From the UHGV virus genome UHGV-1944538: a DNA stretch of 11,431 nucleotides, one strand, 5' to 3'. A program made the translations under genes and the position numbers. This document shows, piece by piece, positions 1 to 6,598 of the stretch. The notes below the pieces were generated by a model. It made no database searches. It had not been told where the DNA came from and was given only the letters and a program-made list of their open reading frames with translations. Source of the DNA: a virus. Numbering within the stretch: the first letter of the stretch is position 1; every line of letters begins with the position of its first letter.

Positions 1-35
1 CTACGGAATAGAGATAACACGAGGAGTGGTTAGAA

Positions 36-68
36 ATGGCTAAAGTTCTGGTGCTTTTACATAGCTAA
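36..68 (+). pseudogene. wrbA: 5' stub of wrbA left at attL: native start codon and first 22 nt of wrbA fused to element DNA, reading MAKVLVLLHS-stop
   Basis: 36-57 atggctaaagttctggtgcttt equals the start of the wrbA ORF whose continuation (ttattattccatgtacgg...) is found at 11321 onward; after position 57 the sequence diverges and an in-frame TAA follows at 66-68. Confidence 0.7.
51..57. repeat. attL core GTGCTTT (shared between wrbA and element)
   Basis: Left junction matches native wrbA through position 57; identical 7-mer at the right junction. Confidence 0.6.
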
Positions 69-368
69 ACACGTACATTCAACTACCTGTTAAAAACAGG
101 ACAATATCAGGTGAATCTCTATGCAATTTAAAGGCATTTCCCCAAGTATCTAAGCAGTTTTACACAGATTCTATGCAGTATCGGTATAGTCCCTTTTTAT
201 CCTAACTTATTGAAATATATAGAGAATCTGTGAAGTCTCTTTTCAGGGTAAACTGTATCGTGTTAGTCGTCCCTCTCTCGACTCCTAGAAAAGTGCTATA
301 TACAGGACTATATGACGCTATTCATGCAGTTGGTCACATGGTGTAACTATCAAACCCTTAACGATTTC

Positions 369-476
369 CTACGTGAAAGTTAGGAGTTGATGGTTATAGT
401 TCCTTCGTAGTTCCTCTTAAAAAATCACTTACAGACATCTTAATCTCTATACAGATTTCACGTAGAACACGCTTAA
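369..476 (+). repeat. Diverged third copy of the inverted-repeat element: arms CTACGTGAAA (369-378) and TTTCACGTAG (456-465), followed by CACGCTTAA (468-476)
   Basis: Arms and 3' tail identical to the 70-bp repeats at 6514 and 8659, but the spacer between arms is 77 nt instead of 38. Confidence 0.5.
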
Positions 477-993
477 TGCGTAAAAGAGTCATTATGTTAA
501 AAACGCACTGTATACGTATCAGTACTGATTTATAAGGGTTTTGTTTATTTGAAGATAAGAGGCTATACAGCACCTTGAGAGCATGTCTTGTAAGTCATTG
601 ACATATAAGGTCACAGAAGTTTGTGTCTGTTACAGAGAAAACTGGACAGGACTTCACAGAGCTATAAAATGTTACAGCTATTGATAGGTGAAATCTTCTT
701 GATAGATGCTTTGAAGTGTGGTGAAGGTTTCTTGATGTGGAGTTAACAGATGCTATGAAGAAAGTCAATAGTTGGTTATAGATATTTTAACTGCTTTTGC
801 AAAGGGGGTGCTATATCGTGAATCTGGGGTACTTAACAGCCATCAATTGAGTGTAGATATTTTTTAAGATTATCGGTGAAGGGGAATGTAGAGGGAGTGC
901 TACGATTTTTATAAAAAAATTAGAAGATGAAAAATCACTGTATAAACTTTAATCAGACCTATCGACAAGTTTATGTCAGGTCTTTATTAACTA

Positions 994-1518
994 TCAGCTA
1001 AAATTCCTGTATCCATATTTACCATGCAATTCCAGTGATGCAGCATCATAGGCTTTTGCAGCTTCTTCTGCTGTATTAAACTGACCCAGATAATGAGATT
1101 TTCCATTACAGCGTATTGTAGCCCAGAACCCCTTGTTATCCACTCTTGGGTGTACTCCCTTGTAACCTGATTTTGTTTTCTTTCTGGGTATCATGTTTGC
1201 CTGATTCTGCTCTTTGGTAACCTCTCGAAGATTGCTAATAGCATTATTTAGCGGGTCACCATCTATATGGTCAATCCATAGTTTAGCTTGTTTACCATGA
1301 TATAGATAGAAAATAACCTGATGCACCTTAAGTATTCTGAACTTACCATTAATCCGACAACCAAAAGCCAGATATTGTCTTGGTTTAGGATTTACAAGTG
1401 AACCCTCGATTTTTACACCTTTTCTAAATAATGTTCCAGATTCAAAATCTGCTGTAATATTTTCATTGATGTATCTTATAACTTCTTCAGGCCATGCCTT
1501 GGTATACCTAGTCACCAT
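994..1518 (-). CDS. HNH-AP2 family homing endonuclease (N-terminal NUMOD4/HNH_3-like domain plus C-terminal AP2 DNA-binding domain)
   Basis: 174-aa ORF. HNH-type motif WIDHIDGDPLNNAISNLREVTKEQN; AP2-type C-terminus GYKGVHPRVDNKGFWATIRCNGKSHYLGQFNTAEEAAKAYDAASLELHGKYGYRNF. AAGGA about 7 nt upstream of ATG on the minus strand. Confidence 0.85.
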   Translation of the reverse strand: MVTRYTKAWPEEVIRYINENITADFESGTLFRKGVKIEGSLVNPKPRQYLAFGCRINGKFRILKVHQVIFYLYHGKQAKLWIDHIDGDPLNNAISNLREVTKEQNQANMIPRKKTKSGYKGVHPRVDNKGFWATIRCNGKSHYLGQFNTAEEAAKAYDAASLELHGKYGYRNFS

Positions 1519-1576
1519 AATATTCCTTATTTCAATTAACTTGTTGAGGTAATACTACCAAGAAACTTCATATCAT

Positions 1577-1604
1577 ATTTTAGATAATGATTGATATACA
1601 TCAA
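1577..1604 (-). promoter_or_regulatory. Candidate sigma70-type promoter for the HNH-AP2 gene (minus strand TTGATG-N16-TAAAAT)
   Basis: Reverse complement of 1599-1604 is TTGATG and of 1577-1582 is TAAAAT, 16-nt spacer, about 60 nt upstream of the start at 1518. Confidence 0.3.
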
Positions 1605-2369
1605 AAAACTATTAAGTTCTCGGAAGAAGACTATATAGATTAATGATGCTCTTATTGTAGGAGCATCTATTCCCAACAAGGGAACTACACAGAAACTAGA
1701 GAATATGCTCTGTAACACCTTCACAGTATCTATATCAGGTCAGATTCAGAGGTCTTGATAGAATCTTCAAAGGTACTTGACAGATAACTATGAAGTTGCT
1801 AGGAAGGGATGTTTAACGGGAGGAAAGATACGATATAACCCGAAGGGAGAGTATCATCTTAACAATTATTCTTAAGAGATACCTTGAAAAGACACTTAAC
1901 AGAACCACCAAGAAGAGAGGGAACGATAAGACCCAGAGGTAGTGACCTGTTAAACAGTTCGTTTCAAAGCTCTTAAGAGTCTGTTAAGTAGGGTCATGTG
2001 ACAATCTTACCATTTTGTCAATGCTTTTGTCTTTGACCTAAATCAATAAAATGTATCGTTTGATATGTTTTTAAACAAAATAGTTAAAAATCTTTTTAGA
2101 GGTGCGCTTCGCTTGTGTCACCAATATCATTCTTCCCTGTCTAAGAGGGAAGTTACAGGGCATTTCAAAGCCCTCAATAGGCAAACCGAGGAATACGGAA
2201 AACCGAGGGAAGAAAACTATTGTGATTACCTTGAACAAGGTCTGTAAAGGTCGTTTAAGAGGTCGGTTAAGAAAGGAGCTTCCCTCTCTGGGGTTATCGC
2301 TCTTCTCTCGATTAGTGGATTGATTAAGAAGACCTCTGAAGTTTCTCTGTGAAGGTGCTGAACAGCTAT

Positions 2370-2423
2370 TATATATGGCTAATTACAACTTATTGAAAAA
2401 TAAACATTTTTAGAAATTACTGT
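2370..2423 (+). repeat. 54-bp direct repeat, copy A (TATATATGG..ATTACAACTTATTGAAAAATAA..TTTTAGAAATTACTGT)
   Basis: Aligns without gaps to 2465-2518 at a constant 95-bp offset with about 5 mismatches. Confidence 0.7.
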
Positions 2424-2464
2424 TAAGGTTGCAGAGTTGTCTGTGAAGAGACTTGTCAGTTCTC

Positions 2465-2518
2465 TATATATGGGTGATTACAACTTATTGAAAAATAAGA
2501 ACTTTTAGAAATTACTGT
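2465..2518 (+). repeat. 54-bp direct repeat, copy B
   Basis: See copy A; both lie in the ORF-poor 1725-3111 region. Confidence 0.7.
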
Positions 2519-2827
2519 CAGAGAGGTGAATACTTGATAGATACAGCTTTCCGGTTCTGTCAAGCTATTTTTTAATAGATAGCACAAAGTGCTAAAGACA
2601 CCCCTATACCATCTCGTACAGGGGGTTTTGGAGGGATTAACGGGGGTCTGTATGGTCGTTATCCTTAAGGTCAAGCGTCCATGTACGACCGAACAGTCTA
2701 AAGACAACAAGCACCCTGACGAGGACGTAGCGAAGTAACAGACCTGCGAACAGACCCACACCTCCACCAGCCCACAAATCAGGTGACCCCAATTCCTGAG
2801 GGAGATTTACCATTAAATTTCCTTGTA

Positions 2828-2925
2828 AGACGCTCTCAATCGCATTCTGACACAAAAAAGTACCTGACCTTATAGTTGACCTGAAGAGGACGTTTAACTC
2901 GTTACAGAGCGATTGAAGAGGTCTG
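2828..2925 (+). repeat. Inverted-repeat-bounded unit I (98 bp): 5' block AGACGCTCTCAATCGCATTCT..CAAAAAA, variable middle, 3' block ..CTCGTTACAGAGCGATTGAAGAGGTCTG
   Basis: 5' and 3' blocks are conserved with unit II at 4468-4588; CTCAATCGC (2835-2843) is the reverse complement of GCGATTGAG-type sequence at 2909-2917, with an extended imperfect inverted repeat of about 16 bp. Confidence 0.7.
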
Positions 2926-3031
2926 CGTGCAATGCAATAACCATGTGACCAAATACATGGCCACGCCTTTATATTTTACTCTCCCCATAGGACCATTATA
3001 CCACAGATGTTAATAAAATGTTAAAAAATAC

Positions 3032-3060
3032 TTGACATTAGCCTTTGAAACTGCTAGTAT
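3032..3060 (+). promoter_or_regulatory. Candidate sigma70-type promoter TTGACA-N17-TAGTAT upstream of the 3112 operon
   Basis: TTGACA at 3032-3037, 17-nt spacer, TAGTAT at 3055-3060, followed by TGTATATATGAGTTAACAGA; about 50 nt upstream of ATG 3112. Confidence 0.45.
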
Positions 3061-3111
3061 TGTATATATGAGTTAACAGAATAATAACATCTTATGAGGG
3101 TCAGAATATGA

Positions 3112-3666
3112 ATGAGAGATGCAGAATTTAGAGCGATGCTTCAAGCATCAAGGGAACGTAACAGACACAACGGTTACAGCTACACAGACACCCCCACCAG
3201 CTACGAAGTCCCAGCCTTTACCAAATCCGAACGTAAAAACATTGAAGCGGTCATTCGTAGCATTACGCCACGAGACAGATATATGCCAACCAGAAAGAGC
3301 ACGAAGAATAGCTTGAAACCTTTCCTGATGAGCTTTGATTCTTACGAGCAATTACCATCAAAAATTGAAGATGTAATTATCGGTACTTGTCGCAGTCTTG
3401 GAAGGGATAATTATCACCGGAAAGTTTTCTATTTACTGCGAAGTCTTGATGAGATTAGTTCAGGCGCAATAACAAATTATCTTCAGCGACAAGCAACCAG
3501 ACTTAGCTACGAATTACCGTCTGATGGGTATTGCGCTAATTTAAGTACCATTTGCAGTAAAGTTATCGAGACAATCAATCATCATGTTGAGGTTGGTAAT
3601 ATCAACCTTACGACAAGTGAGCCAGACTTTGAATTTGACGTATACGCACAAGCAGAGGAATTTTAA
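3112..3666 (+). CDS. Hypothetical protein, 184 aa, acidic C-terminus; first gene of a four-gene coupled operon
   Basis: Long ORF downstream of the promoter-like site; GAGGG upstream of the start; stop 3664-3666 sits 1 nt before the next start codon. Confidence 0.7.
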   Translation: MRDAEFRAMLQASRERNRHNGYSYTDTPTSYEVPAFTKSERKNIEAVIRSITPRDRYMPTRKSTKNSLKPFLMSFDSYEQLPSKIEDVIIGTCRSLGRDNYHRKVFYLLRSLDEISSGAITNYLQRQATRLSYELPSDGYCANLSTICSKVIETINHHVEVGNINLTTSEPDFEFDVYAQAEEF

Positions 3667-3667
3667 A

Positions 3668-3955
3668 ATGAAAAACAAACACACTTTAACCCGTATTACA
3701 AAGACAGCCTTTGACGAACTTAACCGAATCAAAAACATTACAGGTCTGCCACACTCAGCAGTGATGAAGCTTGCAATTAACCGTGATATTAACGAACAGG
3801 ATTTGCTTAATAGTCGCTTAGAGGCTGCAAGACACCATATCAGGATTAAGCAAGATGACCTTGATAGTCTGAAATCTTTAAATGTTTTTGGACTGGATTT
3901 AGCAAGGTTACTAAGTATCAAAATTCACAAGTTAGCGGATAAATTGGGGGTTTAA
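3668..3955 (+). CDS. Hypothetical small protein, 95 aa (start placed at the ATG with an RBS, not at the track's upstream ATG 3584)
   Basis: GAGGA at 3655-3659, 8 nt before ATG 3668; the track start at 3584 lies inside the preceding gene. Confidence 0.65.
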   Translation: MKNKHTLTRITKTAFDELNRIKNITGLPHSAVMKLAINRDINEQDLLNSRLEAARHHIRIKQDDLDSLKSLNVFGLDLARLLSIKIHKLADKLGV

Positions 3956-4170
3956 TGCTATGCGTTACCTTTGAATATCACACGGATAAAATGATTCGCT
4001 ACATCTCCGACCTCCTGATTGAAGGAAACGGATTCGGTGACATCCACAACTCAAAAGATATTTTCATTAAAGCCATTGGCCCAAATGAAGTACTGAAAGC
4101 AGCAGTCAAGCCAGAATGGTTTGAGCGTCACAAGATTGAATTAGGTTATTGGGGTGAGGAGGTTTTATGA
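3955..4170 (+). CDS. Hypothetical small protein, 71 aa
   Basis: Start overlaps the upstream stop (TAATG at 3953-3957); GGGGG just upstream. Confidence 0.6.
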   Translation: MLCVTFEYHTDKMIRYISDLLIEGNGFGDIHNSKDIFIKAIGPNEVLKAAVKPEWFERHKIELGYWGEEVL

Positions 4171-4454
4171 AACCTTGGCATGAAGATGTTAGACGATATT
4201 TTACAGAACACCTTATCTATGATGAATCCAGTGATTCCCTGTGCTGGTCTGATGGAGAGTCAGTCACGATAAATACCGACGACTACGGCAACAAAACATT
4301 TAATATAGGCCGATATACTTTCTACGTGAAATATGTTGTCTGGTTCCTTTATCATGGCTATCAATCCAATAAGCAAATTATCCATCTAAATGGTAACAGA
4401 GCCGATACCAGACCAAAAAATCTTATGCAAGTCCGAGACTTTAAGAGAAATTAG
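4167..4454 (+). CDS. Truncated HNH_3-like protein, 95 aa, paralogous to the N-terminal half of the HNH-AP2 endonuclease but lacking the AP2 domain
   Basis: ATGA overlap with the upstream stop; GAGGAGG RBS. WHEDVRRYFTEHLIYDESSDSLCWS and YVVWFLYHGYQSNKQIIHLNGNRADTRPKNL parallel WPEEVIRYINENITADFESGTLFRK and HQVIFYLYHGKQAKLWIDHIDGDPLNNAISNL in the 994-1518 product. Confidence 0.65.
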   Translation: MKPWHEDVRRYFTEHLIYDESSDSLCWSDGESVTINTDDYGNKTFNIGRYTFYVKYVVWFLYHGYQSNKQIIHLNGNRADTRPKNLMQVRDFKRN

Positions 4455-4467
4455 AAAAACAGCTTCT

Positions 4468-4588
4468 CAGACGCTCTCAATCGCATTCTAACGCAAAAAA
4501 CTATCTTATTTTAGGGTGGGTAATACCACTGTACAGACTACCCCTGAAAAAGACTGTTTAGCTCGTTACAGAGCGATTGAGGAGGTCT
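4468..4588 (+). repeat. Inverted-repeat-bounded unit II (121 bp), homolog of unit I with a longer variable middle
   Basis: 5' block 4468-4500 and 3' block 4551-4588 nearly identical to unit I; it fills the gap between the 4454 stop and the RBS of the 4611 gene. Confidence 0.7.
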
Positions 4589-4610
4589 GGTAAAAAGGAG
4601 ATTTTAAGAA

Positions 4611-4940
4611 ATGAGAGAATTAAACTTCCCGCTACAGATTTTCGTTGATAGCGACACTGCTATGATGGTGCAAAGCTTCACTGATGCAGGTATTAGCATT
4701 GACTTTGACAGGCTGTTAAAGCTAATGGCTGAGAACTCAGAAGCAATTGAAGATTTTATTCAGGAAATTGAAACTGGTGACCCACGTTTTATGTTTCCCG
4801 TTACCGACTCAAACATGAAGCGCCTTATTATTGAGGAAACTAACCGATACAGCGTTAGCCCTGAAAAATATCTCAAGGCGGCTATAGTAATTTTGTACGC
4901 TGACAATGTTTTGGTTACGGATTCGAAGGTGGTGCATTAA
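4611..4940 (+). CDS. Hypothetical protein, 109 aa, acidic
   Basis: AAGGAG at 4595-4600 upstream of ATG 4611; clean ORF. Confidence 0.65.
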   Translation: MRELNFPLQIFVDSDTAMMVQSFTDAGISIDFDRLLKLMAENSEAIEDFIQEIETGDPRFMFPVTDSNMKRLIIEETNRYSVSPEKYLKAAIVILYADNVLVTDSKVVH

Positions 4941-5017
4941 TGGGCTTAATAATTGCTTGGACAGCTTTGGGTTTATTTGTTGGTTGCTGGGTAGGTAACA
5001 CAGTAAATAAGAATTGA
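4940..5017 (+). CDS. Candidate 25-aa single-helix hydrophobic peptide (MGLIIAWTALGLFVGCWVGNTVNKN), translationally coupled to the upstream gene
   Basis: ATG overlaps the upstream TAA; AAGGTGG at 4926-4932, 7 nt before the ATG. Not in the ORF track because of its size. Confidence 0.35.
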   Translation: MGLIIAWTALGLFVGCWVGNTVNKN

Positions 5018-5041
5018 TGTTACCAATCTGTTAAAAAGCTG

Positions 5042-5070
5042 TTGACAAATAACCTTGAGCATGACATAAT
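5042..5070 (+). promoter_or_regulatory. Candidate sigma70-type promoter TTGACA-N17-CATAAT
   Basis: TTGACA 5042-5047, 17-nt spacer, CATAAT 5065-5070, followed by TGTATATATAGG as at the 3032 promoter. Confidence 0.45.
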
Positions 5071-5076
5071 TGTATA

Positions 5077-5268
5077 TATAGGAAGAGCAATTTTTCCTAA
5101 AATCATATTTTCAATAATCCGATGGATGGATATTCTGAGTTGGAAAGGTGCAATGCTTTTCGTCATGGCCTTTCAGTTTAGTCTGAGAGGCTATCTCAAA
5201 AAGTCTTTGTTCATTCATTATTGAACCCTTACAGCTTTGCCCTAATCATGAGTTAGGGCGTTTTCTTT
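5077..5268 (+). ncRNA. Candidate small RNA of about 190 nt between promoter 5042-5070 and the intrinsic terminator at 5239-5268; could instead encode a small hydrophobic peptide
   Basis: Promoter and terminator bracket a region with no RBS-preceded ORF; the track ORF 5042-5224 begins at the -35 hexamer itself. An internal 23-codon frame (5152-5223, MLFVMAFQFSLRGYLKKSLFIHY) lacks a good RBS. Confidence 0.3.
5239..5268 (+). terminator. Rho-independent terminator: stem GCCCTAA/TTAGGGC, 7-nt loop, then GTTTTCTTT
   Basis: Perfect 7-bp stem at 5239-5245 and 5253-5259 followed by a T-rich tract. Confidence 0.5.
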
Positions 5269-5337
5269 AAGAGTTTTAAACAGAGCTTTTAAAGAAAGTT
5301 TTTCCTGAAACTTCGTTAACGTTATAAGCAAACCTCC

Positions 5338-5370
5338 AAAGCCCTTCACAGAAACGTTTAGGGCTTTTCT
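5338..5370 (+). terminator. Second, weaker terminator-like hairpin: AAGCCCT ... AGGGCTT then TTCTT
   Basis: 7-bp stem with a 14-nt loop and a T-rich tail; shares the GCCCT..TTAGGGC..TTT pattern with the 5239 hairpin. Confidence 0.3.
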
Positions 5371-5468
5371 TAATAGAGCATCTTTAATAAATCGTTAAGT
5401 CATCTTCTAAGTGTATTGGCGTTGAAGGTGCTCTATTAAGAAATAAACCACACTTAGAGGAAGTTATA

Positions 5469-6179
5469 ATGACAAACGATTTATATATTAACGGTAAAAA
5501 GGTTGATAGCTTCGGTGACTGGTCGCCACAGACTGAACATCCAGCTATCGCTATTCAGCGTCAAGAGCATGACAAGCGCATTGAGCTTGAGCAAGAGCTA
5601 AAGATGTCACCAAAAACAACCATCTTTGTGTCTCCTGAGCCTCAAGAGATGCCTGATATTTGCAAGAGTGAAGCATTATTTAATCTTGAGCGTGAATATT
5701 ACCCACTGCTAAAAGAACAGCGCCTTAGATTAGATGACGCTTACGACAATGTGAAGAACTTTGAAGAGACTGAAAAGCCAACTGATTTTGATATTGAAGT
5801 GGAAATTAGACAAAACCCATTCGTATATTACTCAGTTGAGGATAATGATGGTTTTGGTACAGCAAGAGAGAATATCTCAAAAGTTCTTCAAAACATCCCT
5901 GAAGGATTCCGTTTAATTGATGTCAGACCAGCTTCACGCGGTACAGGTTCATATATTTTACTGTCTGATAAAACAGATGAAGAGATTTGTCAGTTAGCTG
6001 AAAAGAATCTACTTGAGCGTCATAGCAAAAAATTAAACAGATTTAAGCAAGAGCTTGCTAACCAGCTTAGAGCTATGAAGCAACTAATCAGTGACTATGA
6101 AACGCAGAAGAAGGTTGCTATGCAAGCCGATATTGAGCAGCTTACGAAGATTTCTCAGAAATATAGCAAGGCACTTTAA
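5469..6179 (+). CDS. Hypothetical protein, 236 aa, acidic with a predicted coiled-coil C-terminal third
   Basis: GAGGAAG 6 nt upstream of the ATG; long clean ORF; the C-terminus has a heptad-like charged pattern. Confidence 0.7.
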   Translation: MTNDLYINGKKVDSFGDWSPQTEHPAIAIQRQEHDKRIELEQELKMSPKTTIFVSPEPQEMPDICKSEALFNLEREYYPLLKEQRLRLDDAYDNVKNFEETEKPTDFDIEVEIRQNPFVYYSVEDNDGFGTARENISKVLQNIPEGFRLIDVRPASRGTGSYILLSDKTDEEICQLAEKNLLERHSKKLNRFKQELANQLRAMKQLISDYETQKKVAMQADIEQLTKISQKYSKAL

Positions 6180-6201
6180 CTATGAATTAAAGAGGTGATT
6201 A

Positions 6202-6411
6202 ATGTTTGAAGAACGTTTAGAGACTATTCGGTCTGTTTGTGAAAACTTAAAGTTACAAAATAAGCCAACCTTAAGAATTAAAAACAAACGTCAAGTTATC
6301 ACCTCACACAAACCAAAAACACGCAAGATTCCAAAATGGTGTATTGACCGTATCCCTTCTGATGCTCAAATCATAGGTGAAACGGAATTACATTATCTTG
6401 TCAGGCATTAA
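6202..6411 (+). CDS. Hypothetical small basic protein, 69 aa
   Basis: AAGAGGTGA RBS 5 nt upstream; Lys/Arg-rich; followed by a terminator-like hairpin. Confidence 0.6.
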   Translation: MFEERLETIRSVCENLKLQNKPTLRIKNKRQVITSHKPKTRKIPKWCIDRIPSDAQIIGETELHYLVRH

Positions 6412-6463
6412 AAAAAAAGAATTGGTTGGGTGTATGAGATAGGTTCTATCGAATCTATAACAC

Positions 6464-6506
6464 GGGGAGAGATTATCGATATTATTCGGTAGTTTCTCCC
6501 TTTTTT
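6464..6506 (+). terminator. Terminator-like hairpin (GGGAGA ... TCTCCC) followed by TTTTTT
   Basis: 6-bp G/C-rich stem at 6465-6470 and 6495-6500 with a long loop containing ATCGAT, then T6 at 6501-6506, immediately before repeat copy 1. Confidence 0.45.
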
Positions 6507-6513
6507 GTATGTG

Positions 6514-6583
6514 TGCTACGTGAAATCTTCTGAACAGATATACCCACCAAAAATTATTTTTTACGTAGCTCACGCTTAACAGA
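6514..6583 (+). repeat. 70-bp direct repeat, copy 1, containing an 11-bp inverted repeat (GCTACGTGAAA ... TTTTACGTAGC, one mismatch) and a CACGCTTAACAGA tail; lies immediately upstream of the 6599 gene
   Basis: 67 of 70 identity with 8659-8728. Confidence 0.8.
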
Positions 6584-6598
6584 GGTGAAATATGAACA

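Noticed and set aside
940-993. Hairpin AGACCT...AGGTCT downstream of the HNH-AP2 gene as its terminator
   Set aside because: On the minus strand the hairpin is not followed by a U-tract and the stem is short with a 17-nt loop; too weak to call.
1536-1724. 62-aa minus-strand ORF upstream of the HNH-AP2 gene
   Set aside because: It overlaps the candidate promoter and 5' UTR of the HNH-AP2 gene, has no RBS and is of low complexity; more likely non-coding.
2065-2323. Two overlapping plus-strand ORFs of 60 and 73 aa
   Set aside because: Arg/Lys/Gly-rich products from a purine-rich repetitive region, mutually overlapping in different frames, no RBS; the region is better explained as structured or regulatory DNA.
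2456-2855. Minus-strand ORFs of 103 and 72 aa
   Set aside because: Cys/Trp-rich translations with no start context, lying across the 54-bp repeats and the GC-rich structured segment; judged spurious.
3119-3921. Alternative-frame and antisense ORFs (3119-3316 plus, 3148-3351 minus, 3541-3921 minus) overlapping the 3112-3955 genes
   Set aside because: They are fully nested in or antisense to better-supported genes that have RBSs and operon context.
4919-4927. TTCGAATCC (tRNA T-loop-like) on the minus strand
   Set aside because: The flanking bases do not form a T-stem or an acceptor stem, and it lies inside the 4611-4940 coding sequence; no tRNA called.
5042-5224. 60-aa ORF in the track
   Set aside because: Its start codon is the TTG of the promoter -35 hexamer and it has no RBS; the region is interpreted as an sRNA or leader, though a short internal peptide cannot be excluded.
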